NCBI GenBank assembly: GCA_965261545.1
Contig: CBDHDF010000007.1
Span: forward strand, 160,001-224,000
DNA: 64,000 bases
DNA from: Bdellovibrionales bacterium
GTDB lineage: Bacteria > Bdellovibrionota > Bdellovibrionia > Bdellovibrionales > UBA1609
Direction of reading: 5' to 3'
Below, piece by piece: positions 9,418 to 19,836 of this stretch (position 1 is its first letter; every line of letters starts with the position of its first letter). The notes below the pieces were generated by a model that was not told the DNA's origin, did not search any database, and worked only from the letters and a program-made list of their open reading frames with translations. The position numbers were made by a program, and so were the translations under genes.

Positions 9418-10717
9418 TTAAGCCACCACACCCCTCTGCCTCTGCGTTAAGCTATTTCTTTTAAAAGAACTCCCAGCCCTTTTGATAGACCTTTCATAGC
9501 TTCTTTTGAAGTGCCTCCTCTTCTCCATTGAAATCTTCATCAGCAACTTTATCTGCTTCCTAAATTTCTGATAGAGCCCCGCAACAAAAAGAGGGATGCT
9601 ATCCATTATGAAATCAAGAATCAGTTTAAAGTTAGGTTTTTTGTAGTCATTTTTTACCAACTGATTCACACTGTCTTCATCCTCATTTATGCTCATTTGA
9701 ATCTTTGTATAATTGAAGAGCCAAAAATAAGAATACAGCTCTTGCAATATTCCATTAAGGCTTGTTGAGTGCCACTGCTCCATTTTCATTGTCGATGTAA
9801 AATCACGAAATGTCGTTTCTATTTCCCAACGACGAGAGTAAAGAGCAACCATATCCTTCTTGTCCAAGGAGCCATGCGGAAGATTAGTGGCCAAAACAGA
9901 GAACTCCCCAGTCTTTGGGTTTTTATACTTATAGAGATGAATGACCACCCCCTCAATAACCATTCGTGAATACCAACCTGGGCCATTAAATAAATTTACA
10001 ATGGGGATAAAAGTAGAGCCTCGCTTACAACGCGCAATAAAGAAGTTACTGGCTTGAGCATGGGCCTTAATAATCTCTGTAGATAAATAAAGCCTATCGT
10101 AGAGAGTTATGCTATTACTCTCAAAACTACCTATCATTTGAATAGCATTGGCGATTTCGTTGAGAGCGGGAGAATAGCAAAGATTCTTTGTCACACCCGA
10201 TAAAACGTCATAAGCATGAGATAGATACATACGTAAGAAATGAGTTTCCATCTCATTTGGGCAAGGGTACCCACAATAACCCTCCTTTAAAAGATCTTTA
10301 GAGCGAGGAAGTGCTAATTGGTCGCCATCTATGGCATAGATATAAAAACCATGAAACGTTTTTCTCAATGGTTCGTAGTCTGTAATCAGAGATTCAAAGA
10401 TATCTTTGAAAAATAGGTAAGAAATACTTTGACGTATCTTGCTGAGACTGCTTTTGACTGGCATGAGAAGCAGGTCACCAAAATGAGTCCATACCGTCTT
10501 AAGAGCGATTTGGTAGCCTTCGTAATTTGTTCCTGAAATAAGATAGATAATGGTAAAAAAGAAAATTTGAGGATTAAATTTTCGATTCCTTTTTTGTTTT
10601 TCTGGATCGACAAGGTGCTCTGGCTTGAAGGAAGAATCAAGTTTTGGTAGAATAAAATGGTCATCTGTGACGCGAACTCGTCATTTGGGGGCTTTCGAGA
10701 TCAATATTGGATTGCAT
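9418..10717 (-). CDS. IS4-family transposase, copy 2, with the same split N-terminus
   Basis: Near-identical to 3743..5042 (one Q/R difference in the main ORF). Confidence 0.8.
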
Positions 10718-10892
10718 GTGACTTACTCCTTGGTTGAGGGTTGGGTGTAAAATAAAACAAGTCTTATTCTTGTCGATTTATCTAATGATTTCAAGAGATT
10801 TTTCTTAAGGAAACGGCATTGAGGTGGACCCCAATGTCAGACTGAAAAACTTGATTTTTAAGCTACACCACAGCGCACAAAGAAGCCCCGTG

Positions 10893-11741
10893 TTAATGTG
10901 TTAAATCCACCTCTCCCATATGCACCTGATAAGGGGTGCAATCCTGAAGAGACTGGTGTGGCCTTTTATTATTATAAAAATTAAAATACGTTTTAAAACC
11001 TTTGTTGGCTTGAACCATTGATTTGTCTTGATAGCCTTTCAAGTAAACCTCTTCGTACTTAACAGACCGCCAAAGCCGCTCGATCATGATGTTGTCTAAA
11101 CACCTGCCTTTGCCGTCCATACTGATCGAGATTCCATGATTTTTCAATAATTTTGTGAAAACCTCAGAAGTGAATTGGCACCCTTGATCAGTATTGACGA
11201 TATCAGGGCAACCAAATGTTTCTATGGCTTCCTCAAAGACTTCTAAACAAAAAGTTGTCTCAAGGCTATTAGAAAGTCTCCAAGACAGAACAAATCGGCT
11301 AAACCAATCTATCACAGCTACCAAGTAAGCAAAGCCACCAGACAACCTTATAAAAGTAATATCAGTAGCCCACACTTGGTTGGGGAAGCAGATATTAAGC
11401 CCCTTAAGTAGGTAGGGATAAACCTTATGCTGATGGTTTCGCTGACTGGTGTTTGGACCTGGGAAGATAGCGAAAAGACACATCTTTTCCATGAGCCGCT
11501 GAATCCTCTTGCGGTTGACCCCATGGCCATTAAGTCTTAAGTGAGCTGCCATTTTACGGCTCCCATAAAAAGGGGTCTCCAAGTACTGTTTGTCAATTAA
11601 ACTCATCAGTTTTAAGTTGTAGGCACTCTCAGGTATGGGCTTGTAGTACAAGGCTCCCTTAGAGAGTCCTAGCAACTCACATTGGCGAGTGACACAAATA
11701 TTTGGATGTTTCCAATTGATAGCGGCTTTTTTCTCAGGCAT
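10893..11741 (-). CDS. IS3 OrfB
   Basis: Near-identical to 7507..8355. Confidence 0.95.
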   Translation of the reverse strand: MPEKKAAINWKHPNICVTRQCELLGLSKGALYYKPIPESAYNLKLMSLIDKQYLETPFYGSRKMAAHLRLNGHGVNRKRIQRLMEKMCLFAIFPGPNTSQRNHQHKVYPYLLKGLNICFPNQVWATDITFIRLSGGFAYLVAVIDWFSRFVLSWRLSNSLETTFCLEVFEEAIETFGCPDIVNTDQGCQFTSEVFTKLLKNHGISISMDGKGRCLDNIMIERLWRSVKYEEVYLKGYQDKSMVQANKGFKTYFNFYNNKRPHQSLQDCTPYQVHMGEVDLTH

Positions 11742-12024
11742 TGAAGCTCTCAGATTTTTTTTTTAACCAATCATTTTCAACCTTTAACTGCCCTATTTGC
11801 CGATACAATTCATCAATGGTTTTTCTTTGTTCTTCTACCTCGTTGTTGTCCTTTTTTTTGCTCGCTAAGGCCTTAGGAATGGCTTCAATAGCTTGCTTCT
11901 TCCAATCTTGGATTTGGATGCGGTGAACTCCATGCTTGGAGGCCAACTCTGCCATTGTGTCAGTCTCACGAATGGCGTCAAGTGCGACTCTGGCCTTAAA
12001 TTGTGCGCTGTGTTTCTTTCTCAT
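11734..12024 (-). CDS. IS3 OrfA
   Basis: Identical protein to 8348..8638. Confidence 0.93.
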   Translation of the reverse strand: MRKKHSAQFKARVALDAIRETDTMAELASKHGVHRIQIQDWKKQAIEAIPKALASKKKDNNEVEEQRKTIDELYRQIGQLKVENDWLKKKSESFNA

Positions 12025-12239
12025 TATCCCCTCCTATGAGGGGCTTTTTACCCGCTGCGGTGTAACTTAGCAACCAGTCTGTTTTTGGGGTCCACTATAC
12101 ATTGCACTATGACTATATAACTTGACTTAGTTATTAACACCCAAACATATGTAATATATTGAGATTACTTAGAAATAACTGATCAAAAGTCTTTCAATAT
12201 AGTCAATACTATTATTCTATAATTGTAGGAGGTTGCAGT

Positions 12240-12590
12240 ATGAGGACAGGAAATATCAAAGTGAGATGCCCTAAATGTGGAATGAGTTACAAGGGAAAGG
12301 CAAAGTTAAATCAGACAAGAATCAAAAGCCAATTCAAAGATACCGATGCAAACCATGCAATCATTATTTCACAACAAATACCCTTCGTACCACAAAGAAT
12401 CAGCGTAGGCTTGATTTAAACAACAAGGTCTATTTATTGTGAGAGGAATACGCTACGTGGTATTAGCCGATTGCTTGGCTGCGAATATAACAAGGACATT
12501 CAATCTATTTCTAGCGTTGATGAGCAACGCAAAGAACTTGGGTTCTCAACCACATATGTGCCAAGTTAAGGCATCATAATGTCACCTTAA
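12240..12590 (+). pseudogene. Degraded IS1-like transposase (zinc ribbon and HTH)
   Basis: AGGAGG RBS, MRTGNIKVRCPKCG; frameshifted pieces QRYRCKPCNHYF and TLRGISRLLGC. Confidence 0.6.
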
Positions 12591-12635
12591 CCACAAGACA
12601 TGGGCCACCACAAAGAGCAGGAGCGATTACAAATG

Positions 12636-12828
12636 CAGCAATTCCCGCCGAAATTAGTTTCTGCTACTACAGCCTGTTTCAGGAGGTTTTGAAAAAACAT
12701 ATCGTAGATTTTTCCTCTATTTTTGGCCAATTTTGAGAGGTATTGCTTTGCATTAAGTTGCTGTAATCAGAGTGTATATTTAAAATAGAAATGCCAGGTT
12801 TCAAAACGAATCTCGGCGGGAATTGCTG
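12636..12828. mobile_element. 193-bp MITE or internally deleted IS
   Basis: 16-bp perfect TIR CAGCAATTCCCGCCGA; 9-bp flanks TTACAAATG and TTACAAGTG. Confidence 0.75.
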
Positions 12829-13069
12829 TTACAAGTGCACGCACCTTGACTTGCTTATTGCATTCAAAATGGGTATAAATTAGTGGCTTAAGCGGCGTCT
12901 CACTTTTGTCATATATCCACTCTGGCCATTATCTCATAAAAATTAAGTCAAGTTATTAAAATAGGATGTATCTATTCAGGGGGGCATTTACTACAATACA
13001 AAGTCACGCCCTCATTGGGCAACTTTTAGATTTAAATATTTAAAAATATATCATGTATTTATTTAAAAT

Positions 13070-14122
13070 ATGCATATTGGAGGCTCTTCCATGGCACAGC
13101 TAAAATCTCAAAATACTTCAAAGCACTTAGGGACCAATGAAGGCTCCTATCTCTCCCAAAGGCCCCGAAGAAATCGACGCATGGCTTCCATTCGCCAGAT
13201 GGTGAGAGAAACCACCCTTCTGCCATCAGACCTCATTCTGCCCCTCTTCGTCACATCCAAGGAGAAAAAGGAAAAAATTTCCTCCATGCCAGGGGTTTAT
13301 CGACACTCCATGGAGTCTTTGATCCCTGAAGCTCAGAAAGCCTTTGAAAGAGGTATTCCTGGAGTGCTTTTGTTCCCAGCCCTTGAAGACTTCGTAAAAG
13401 ATGAGGTGGCCTCCGAAGCCATCAACCCCCATGGTTTACTTCAAAAAGCCATTCGAGCCATCAAAAGAGAGCTTCCCAAGCTCTGTGTCATCAGCGATGT
13501 CGCCATGGACCCCTACTCCATCCATGGCCATGACGGACTATGGAAAGATGACAAGGTTCTCAATGACGAAACCATTGACATACTGGCTGCCATGGCTGTG
13601 AACCAAGCACGATCTGGAGTCGATTATGTGGCCCCCTCGGATATGATGGATGGGCGAGTGGGGGCCATTCGAGAAGCTTTGGATCGTGAGGGCTTTTCAA
13701 ATGTGGGGATTATTTCCTATGGTGTTAAGTATGCCTCAAGTTTTTACAGCCCCTTTCGGGAGGCTCTCAGCTCCGCCCCCAAACACGGTGACAAAAAAAC
13801 CTACCAAATGGACCCTGCCAATTCCAAAGAGGCCGTAAGGGAGATGCTCCTAGATGAAAACCAAGGAGCTGATATTCTTGTGGTCAAACCCGCCTTGGCC
13901 TACCTGGACATCATTGCCAAGGTCAAAGACCAGGTTCAACTTCCCGTGGCCACCTACCATGTCAGTGGTGAATATGCCATGATTAAGGCGGCCAGTGAAA
14001 GATCTTGGATTGATGGAGAAAAGGTGATGCTTGAAGCTCATCTCGCCATGAAAAGAGCCGGGGCAGATATTATTTTTACATACTCGGCCATAGAGATCGC
14101 GGAGATACTTCATGGAAGCTGA
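13070..14122 (+). CDS. hemB: Porphobilinogen synthase (start may be 13091)
   Basis: RPRRNR, DPYSIHGHDG, APSDMMDGRV, KYASSFYSPFR, VVKPA, VSGEYAM. Confidence 0.97.
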   Translation: MHIGGSSMAQLKSQNTSKHLGTNEGSYLSQRPRRNRRMASIRQMVRETTLLPSDLILPLFVTSKEKKEKISSMPGVYRHSMESLIPEAQKAFERGIPGVLLFPALEDFVKDEVASEAINPHGLLQKAIRAIKRELPKLCVISDVAMDPYSIHGHDGLWKDDKVLNDETIDILAAMAVNQARSGVDYVAPSDMMDGRVGAIREALDREGFSNVGIISYGVKYASSFYSPFREALSSAPKHGDKKTYQMDPANSKEAVREMLLDENQGADILVVKPALAYLDIIAKVKDQVQLPVATYHVSGEYAMIKAASERSWIDGEKVMLEAHLAMKRAGADIIFTYSAIEIAEILHGS

Positions 14123-14948
14123 ACAAACTGAAGTTTACGATATGATTTCTCCAAAACCCAAAGAAGTTCCTCCCATAGTCTCTATAGCTCCTATCGTCCC
14201 TATCCTGGTGAGTATTCCCCATGCAGGCACCCACTTTCCCAAAGAACTCGCCGCCAACTACCACCCCCACATTCTCCAACACCCCACGGACACAGATTGG
14301 TTTGTGGATAAACTCTATGACTTTGCTTTGCGCTTGGGAATCACCCTCATTGTGGCCAAGCTCTCAAGGTATGTCATTGACCTCAACCGCAACCCCGAAA
14401 ATCAAGCCCTTTACTCTGAAGAAAGACCTCAGACCTCCCTTGTGCCCACCCATAGCTTTGAAGGAAAAAGTCTCTACATCGGGAACCCTCCCAACAGCAA
14501 AGAAATTCATCGTCGCCTCACAAATTACTATCACCCCTACCATGTGGCCATTTCAAATAAACTTAGGGAATTCAAGTTAACTTTTGGACATGCCCTATTT
14601 TTTGATGCTCACTCTATCAAACACCTTGTCCCCGGCCTAAATCCAAAGCCCTTTCACCAAATCACTTTGAGCGATCACAACGGACAATGCGCCCACCCAA
14701 AACTTGTGGAGCAAGCTCTTCAAAGTCTTCGAAGTGGACCCTATGCAGTGGCCTACAATGAAAACTTTCTTGGAGGTCAATTGGTTCGAAGTATGGGGCA
14801 GCCGGCAAAGAATATTTATGGCCTTCAATTAGAAATGTGTCAAAATATTTATATGGATGAGGACACCACTTGTTACCTCCCTAAAAAGGCCGCTCAAGTT
14901 CAGAAACTCTTAGAGCAGCTTTTTAAAGACCTCATCCGTTGCCTTTAG
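14112..14948 (+). CDS. hutG: N-formylglutamate amidohydrolase
   Basis: SIPHAG, TDWFVDKLY, SRYVIDLNR, YYHPYH, DAHS, LQLEM. Confidence 0.85.
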   Translation: MEAEQTEVYDMISPKPKEVPPIVSIAPIVPILVSIPHAGTHFPKELAANYHPHILQHPTDTDWFVDKLYDFALRLGITLIVAKLSRYVIDLNRNPENQALYSEERPQTSLVPTHSFEGKSLYIGNPPNSKEIHRRLTNYYHPYHVAISNKLREFKLTFGHALFFDAHSIKHLVPGLNPKPFHQITLSDHNGQCAHPKLVEQALQSLRSGPYAVAYNENFLGGQLVRSMGQPAKNIYGLQLEMCQNIYMDEDTTCYLPKKAAQVQKLLEQLFKDLIRCL

Positions 14949-15138
14949 TTCAGAAAGAAGTGGGTGAGCATGACGCCTTACAGAGATTCACTCTACTCTC
15001 ATTTAGGGAGTGGTCGCCCCCGTTCGTGTGAGTCGTGATATACGATCCCCCTTGATATAGATACAAATAAAGAAATGTTATTCGTCTCGAAAGATTTTTT
15101 AAATTGCACAATCCCTTTTTATTAGGGACAAGAGTCAT

Positions 15139-15246
15139 GCCAAGGGGAGAGAATTAATCTAAGAGGGAAAATGTAACGCCAAGGGGAGAGAATTAATCTA
15201 AGGGGAAAAAATGACGCCAAGGGGAGAGAATTAATCTAAGAGGGAA
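15139..15246. repeat. Three ~38-39-bp tandem repeats, intergenic
   Basis: GCCAAGGGGAGAGAATTAATCTAAG at 15139, 15178 and 15216. Confidence 0.9.
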
Positions 15247-15288
15247 GATTGGCTTCGGGAAGAAAACTCTTTGAATGAAGTCTCAAAT

Positions 15289-16641
15289 TTATTTGATGAA
15301 AGTAGCTTGCTTTTGTATAAGCTTTAAAATCTCTTTACGACAGGTCAGTTGTCTCTGAATTTGCTCTCGATAAGAGTACTTTAAAAGCTCCCCCAAGGGT
15401 CTTCCTTTCCAGCCGAGGGCCAAGAGGTCTTTTCCTGTCACTAAAGGTAAAGGGAGCTTGCCCCCGCCTAGGCAGGCCGCTTGATAATGCTTCTGATGTT
15501 GACACAAAACTTCATCGGATTGATTCCATGCCTTTAAGAACCACTGAGAAAACTCCATCCATCGAGATGCGTCTTTTTGATCTAAAATTTGAAAAGCTTC
15601 CCACCAAGTCTCCCGGTGAGTTAAGACTCTATAAGCCAATATATAATTGAATATTTCTTTTTTCATTGCATTGGAAAGTTTCCATCTCGACAAATACCTT
15701 TTCCAATTCGACAAATACTTTTTCCAACTCACTGTTTTTTCGGAGCCATCAGCATGGGTGTCAGAACCAGAGGGAATGTCAGAGTTAGAAGGAAGAGTCA
15801 AAAGAAGTAAACCCGCGAACAGCGAAGAAAGATTTTTCTCTGAAAAATGACGCATGAGAAACTTTATTTTTTCAAAGCTGTGGCCTTCAAGAGCAGCACT
15901 TAATTCACCAAAAAGGCAAGAGTTCAAATGAGCCGTCCTGATAAGCTCCAATCCTTTGTAATTATGAGGGCTTTCCATCATTTTTTTCATTTCAATCACA
16001 ATTCTTTCTATGGATATGTATGCAAGCTTTTCTCCAAGGTCACAAATAGCATGAAAAGTCTTCTCCTCTATGGATAGGTTCAATTCCACGGCAAACCGAA
16101 TGGCTCTCAGTATTCTTAGGTGATCTTCTAAGAATCTCTTTTTAGGGTCTCCTACACATCGTATGATCCCCCTTTCCAGGTCCTTTTGCCCCCCGACAAA
16201 ATCAATCACCTGTTGCCCATCAAAAAATAGAGCATTAATGGTAAAGTCTCTTCTTAGAGCATCCTCCCTAGGTGCGCTGTAAGTCACACTTTGAGGATGT
16301 CTTCCATCATGGTACTCCTCGTCATGTCGAAAGCGCGTCACTTCCACTTGCCCTCCACCATTGAGAGGAATCATGACCACTCCAAAGCTCTTACCTAATT
16401 CGAAGGATCCCGGGAATAAACTTAAAACTTCATCTGGTTCGGCATCGCTGGCTATATCTAAGTCTTTGGCCACTCGTTCCAAAAGGGCATCTCGGACACA
16501 ACCCCCTGTCCAATAAGTACAGTGGCCATTTGCTAAGAGTTTTTTAAAAATGGAAGAAGCCTCTTTCCAATGAGGATATTTTTGCAAATTCTGGAGTATA
16601 TATTTACATTTATCCCTACAATTATCCCTACATTTATCCAT
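15289..16641 (-). CDS. cca: CCA tRNA nucleotidyltransferase / poly(A) polymerase family
   Basis: GGCVRD, DLDIA, RRDFTINA, EDHLRILRAIRF. Confidence 0.88.
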   Translation of the reverse strand: MDKCRDNCRDKCKYILQNLQKYPHWKEASSIFKKLLANGHCTYWTGGCVRDALLERVAKDLDIASDAEPDEVLSLFPGSFELGKSFGVVMIPLNGGGQVEVTRFRHDEEYHDGRHPQSVTYSAPREDALRRDFTINALFFDGQQVIDFVGGQKDLERGIIRCVGDPKKRFLEDHLRILRAIRFAVELNLSIEEKTFHAICDLGEKLAYISIERIVIEMKKMMESPHNYKGLELIRTAHLNSCLFGELSAALEGHSFEKIKFLMRHFSEKNLSSLFAGLLLLTLPSNSDIPSGSDTHADGSEKTVSWKKYLSNWKRYLSRWKLSNAMKKEIFNYILAYRVLTHRETWWEAFQILDQKDASRWMEFSQWFLKAWNQSDEVLCQHQKHYQAACLGGGKLPLPLVTGKDLLALGWKGRPLGELLKYSYREQIQRQLTCRKEILKLIQKQATFIK

Positions 16642-16781
16642 AGAGTTTAAATACTTAATAAATATTGACTTGTAAATGTTAACTGTGGATATTGATTGGC
16701 CGATACGAACTTGTGTAGGGGGGGTTGATTTATGAGGGTTGATTCCTTTAATCTTAACTGTGAAAGGGTGAAGGGATATTC

Positions 16782-19082
16782 ATGATCTTAAATATTTCAA
16801 ATACAACTCATTTGTTTAGTCTATGGTTGGGCCTATTGTTAGGTCTGTATCGCTATGTTTTGGCTTCCTTGGCTTCTTTGATTTCAAATAGCTCGACGAT
16901 TTCAAATGGCTCAACGATTTCAAATAGCTCGACTCAAGTATTGAGCATGATCTTGACCTTGCCTTTGGCCCTGTTTTTCTTTTTCTTGTCTTTTTCTCAA
17001 CCTGTGCAGGCTCGACAAATGAGGGGGAAGATTGACTTAGCTTGTAAGCATATTTCACCTATTGAACACAGTTATCTTTCGAGACATATCAACTATAGAG
17101 AGACAAGTAAAAATCTCGAATCGAGAACGATCACTCAGTTTATCAAGAAGTTGGATGGGTCTAAGATTTATCTCTTAGAAAGTGACGTTAAGAAGATTCA
17201 AAAAAAGATGAAGGGAATTTTTGGCAAGGTGAGAATGCGAAACTGTAGCCCTATCAAAGAGTCCCATGACTTACTCATGGTTCGTATCAATGAGAGAGTG
17301 CGTTTTGCCACAAGTTATTTAGGACCTAAGTTTAAATTTAATAAAAACACTCAATTGATTCTGGACCCTGATTATAGAAAATACTCTAAAACGAAGAGAC
17401 AGGCTGATAAGTACCACAAAAAGTATATTCAGTTTCAGGTTTCCAATTACTTAGCGACCGATATGAAGCCTGAAGAGGCTAAGCAAAATGTTGTGCGGAG
17501 TTATGAGAGGATGTTGAAGAGAGTCGGTAAGATGGGGAAACCTGAAAATAGATCGGACCTATGGGCTATTTATGTAGATGCCTTTGCCATGGCCCTGGAT
17601 CCTCATTCCAGGTATCTATCTCAAGATGCTTTAGAGGACTTTCAAATTCAAATGCGCCTGTCTTTGGAGGGCATAGGGGCCACGCTGAGCAACCGGGATG
17701 GCTTTACTGTGGTGGAGCAGTTGGTTCCAGGGGGAGCGGCGGCGAGATCGGGCCTTTTGAGACCCAAGGACAAAATCATTGCTGTGGGTCAGGAGGATGG
17801 ACCTTTAGAAAATATTGTGGAACAGGAATTGCGTGATGTGGTTAAAAAAATTAGAGGCCCCAAGGGAAGCAAGGTGCGTTTAAAGATATTGCGTAAGAAG
17901 AAGAGTAAGGGGGGGGGCAGAAAGCCTCTTACAGTGGTTCTGGTTCGTGATAAGGTTAAATTGGAAGACGAGGCGGCCTCTGTCCACTATATAGAGAGGC
18001 CGGAGAGTGGTAAGAAGAAGTTGATTGCCCTACTTAATCTTCCTTCTTTTTACGCAGATGGCCGTCACCATGGCCGTTCTTCGGCCAAGGACCTTAAAAA
18101 ACTTCTCGCTGAAGCCAATAAAAAGAAAGTTGATGGAGTCATTCTTGATCTTTCCACCAACGGGGGAGGGGCTTTGGATGATGCTGTTAAGATTGCAGGG
18201 CTCTTTTTTAAGAAAGGAAATGTCGTTAAGCAATCCCATAGAGATCCCCAGCAAGGGGAAATTGTTTTGCCAGATAATGATTCCACTGTGGACTATGCCG
18301 GTCCCCTCGTGGTTCTCACCAGTCGAATCAGTGCCTCTGCATCGGAGATTGTGGCGGGAACTCTTCAAGATTACAAAAGGGCTCTTGTTGTGGGTGGAGA
18401 TCATACCTTTGGGAAGGGGAGTGTTCAATCGGTGGAGCCTCTTCCCCCTGGCCTTGGTGCTATTAAAACCACAGTGGGTATGTTTTTCATTCCGGGGGGA
18501 GGCTCCACACAACATCGTGGAGTTACCTCGGATATCTCCATGCCAAGTGAGTACTCCATGAACGAGGTTGGAGAAAAAACATTAGACTATTCTCTTCCTC
18601 CCAAAAAAGTCAAGCAGTTTCTTTCCAAAGAGGCCTATGTTCCCAAGGGAAAGAAAGGTTTTTGGAAAAAAGTGACGGCTTCATTGGCCAGGAAGTTGGG
18701 TTTTAAATCCAAGACACGCATTGCGGCCAGTGAGGACTTTGACAAAATTCGCAAGAGTATTCTTAAGAATAAAAAACGAGGAAAACTCCTTAAAGTGAGT
18801 GAAGTTTTGGAAGATAAAAAGGACTCAGAAGAGAAGCTTACAAAGGGTACGACGAGTTTTCAAAAAGGGAAGTCAAAAATCACTGACAACAAGCCTGCCA
18901 ATGGAGACGATGATAAATCTTCGGCAGATAAGTCTTTGGAGGAGACGGGCATTCTCAGCCCTGAGGAAAAGAAGAAAAGGTACCTTCAAAGAGCTGACAT
19001 TCAAGAAGCTCTTCATATCATGATGGATTATATCAAAGAGAGTGCAAAATCAGTTACCCTTGGGGCAAAGGCTAAGAGGTAG
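16782..19082 (+). CDS. S41A carboxy-terminal processing protease (Prc/Tsp-like) with PDZ domain; true start uncertain
   Basis: LDPHSRY, EGIGA, IRGPKGS, DLSTNGGG, SASASEIVAG, TFGKGSVQ. Confidence 0.92.
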   Translation: MILNISNTTHLFSLWLGLLLGLYRYVLASLASLISNSSTISNGSTISNSSTQVLSMILTLPLALFFFFLSFSQPVQARQMRGKIDLACKHISPIEHSYLSRHINYRETSKNLESRTITQFIKKLDGSKIYLLESDVKKIQKKMKGIFGKVRMRNCSPIKESHDLLMVRINERVRFATSYLGPKFKFNKNTQLILDPDYRKYSKTKRQADKYHKKYIQFQVSNYLATDMKPEEAKQNVVRSYERMLKRVGKMGKPENRSDLWAIYVDAFAMALDPHSRYLSQDALEDFQIQMRLSLEGIGATLSNRDGFTVVEQLVPGGAAARSGLLRPKDKIIAVGQEDGPLENIVEQELRDVVKKIRGPKGSKVRLKILRKKKSKGGGRKPLTVVLVRDKVKLEDEAASVHYIERPESGKKKLIALLNLPSFYADGRHHGRSSAKDLKKLLAEANKKKVDGVILDLSTNGGGALDDAVKIAGLFFKKGNVVKQSHRDPQQGEIVLPDNDSTVDYAGPLVVLTSRISASASEIVAGTLQDYKRALVVGGDHTFGKGSVQSVEPLPPGLGAIKTTVGMFFIPGGGSTQHRGVTSDISMPSEYSMNEVGEKTLDYSLPPKKVKQFLSKEAYVPKGKKGFWKKVTASLARKLGFKSKTRIAASEDFDKIRKSILKNKKRGKLLKVSEVLEDKKDSEEKLTKGTTSFQKGKSKITDNKPANGDDDKSSADKSLEETGILSPEEKKKRYLQRADIQEALHIMMDYIKESAKSVTLGAKAKR

Positions 19083-19836
19083 AGGCGATGAGTTCACTCA
19101 AGCCCACTTTCATATCTTGGTGTATCTTTTGTTTGAGTTTCTGGTGGGAGTTGGGAGGGTAGCTAGATATATCCACTGAGGGAAGAATTTTAATGAAGAC
19201 CTTTCGTTTCCATTTTCCACAGTTGATTCGGAGAGATTTTGGTGGAAGGGTCTCCAGTGCACCACTTATCACCACAGGCACAATGGGCATTTGAGCTTCA
19301 AGGGCGAGTAGAAAAGGACCTGATTTAAAATCTCCTAGTTTCTCTTCCCGTTGTCGAGTTCCCTCGGGGGCGATGGCTATGGAAAAAAAACGACTTTGGG
19401 CCTCTTTGGCCACTTGATGATAAGTGCTGATGGTTTTTGAACGATTGGATCGGTCGATAAGAATGGTTTCTTCCGCACGGAGAATAGAGCCAAAGATAGG
19501 AATTTTGCTTAATTCTCTTTTTGACACAAATCTGACCGTGACGGGCAGACACATAACAATAAGGAGAATATCCAATATACTTGTGTGATTGAAAAGTACA
19601 AGGTGGCTATCTTTGGGGATATTTTCGAGCCCTTCCAGTTGAGCTTTGATACCTGCCAGTGAAAAAAAGCTTTTGCACCACAAGACTCTCATAGACCGTT
19701 TGAAAGGGTGGTCATTTTTTATAAAGAAAGAGACAAGGATAAGCATGGGTCCCAAAAAAATGCAAGAGCAAGCGATGTACATAAATGCGATGGGGCTTCT
19801 TATATAACTAAGAAAATTAAGAAAGTGAATAAACAT
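19072..19836 (-). CDS. plsC: 1-acyl-sn-glycerol-3-phosphate acyltransferase
   Basis: NHTSILD, IDR, PEGTR, FKSG. Confidence 0.88.
   Translation of the reverse strand: MFIHFLNFLSYIRSPIAFMYIACSCIFLGPMLILVSFFIKNDHPFKRSMRVLWCKSFFSLAGIKAQLEGLENIPKDSHLVLFNHTSILDILLIVMCLPVTVRFVSKRELSKIPIFGSILRAEETILIDRSNRSKTISTYHQVAKEAQSRFFSIAIAPEGTRQREEKLGDFKSGPFLLALEAQMPIVPVVISGALETLPPKSLRINCGKWKRKVFIKILPSVDISSYPPNSHQKLKQKIHQDMKVGLSELIASTS

Larger units (their letters stand above)
10820..12099 (-). mobile_element. IS3-family element, copy 2
   Basis: Same ends as copy 1; 3-bp TSD CAT at 10817-10819 and 12100-12102. Confidence 0.92.
9405..12104 (-). mobile_element. IS4-family element, copy 2, with IS3 inserted 2 bp from its end
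   Basis: IR at 9405; 10-bp TSD CACTATGACT at 9395-9404 and 12105-12114. Confidence 0.92.
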
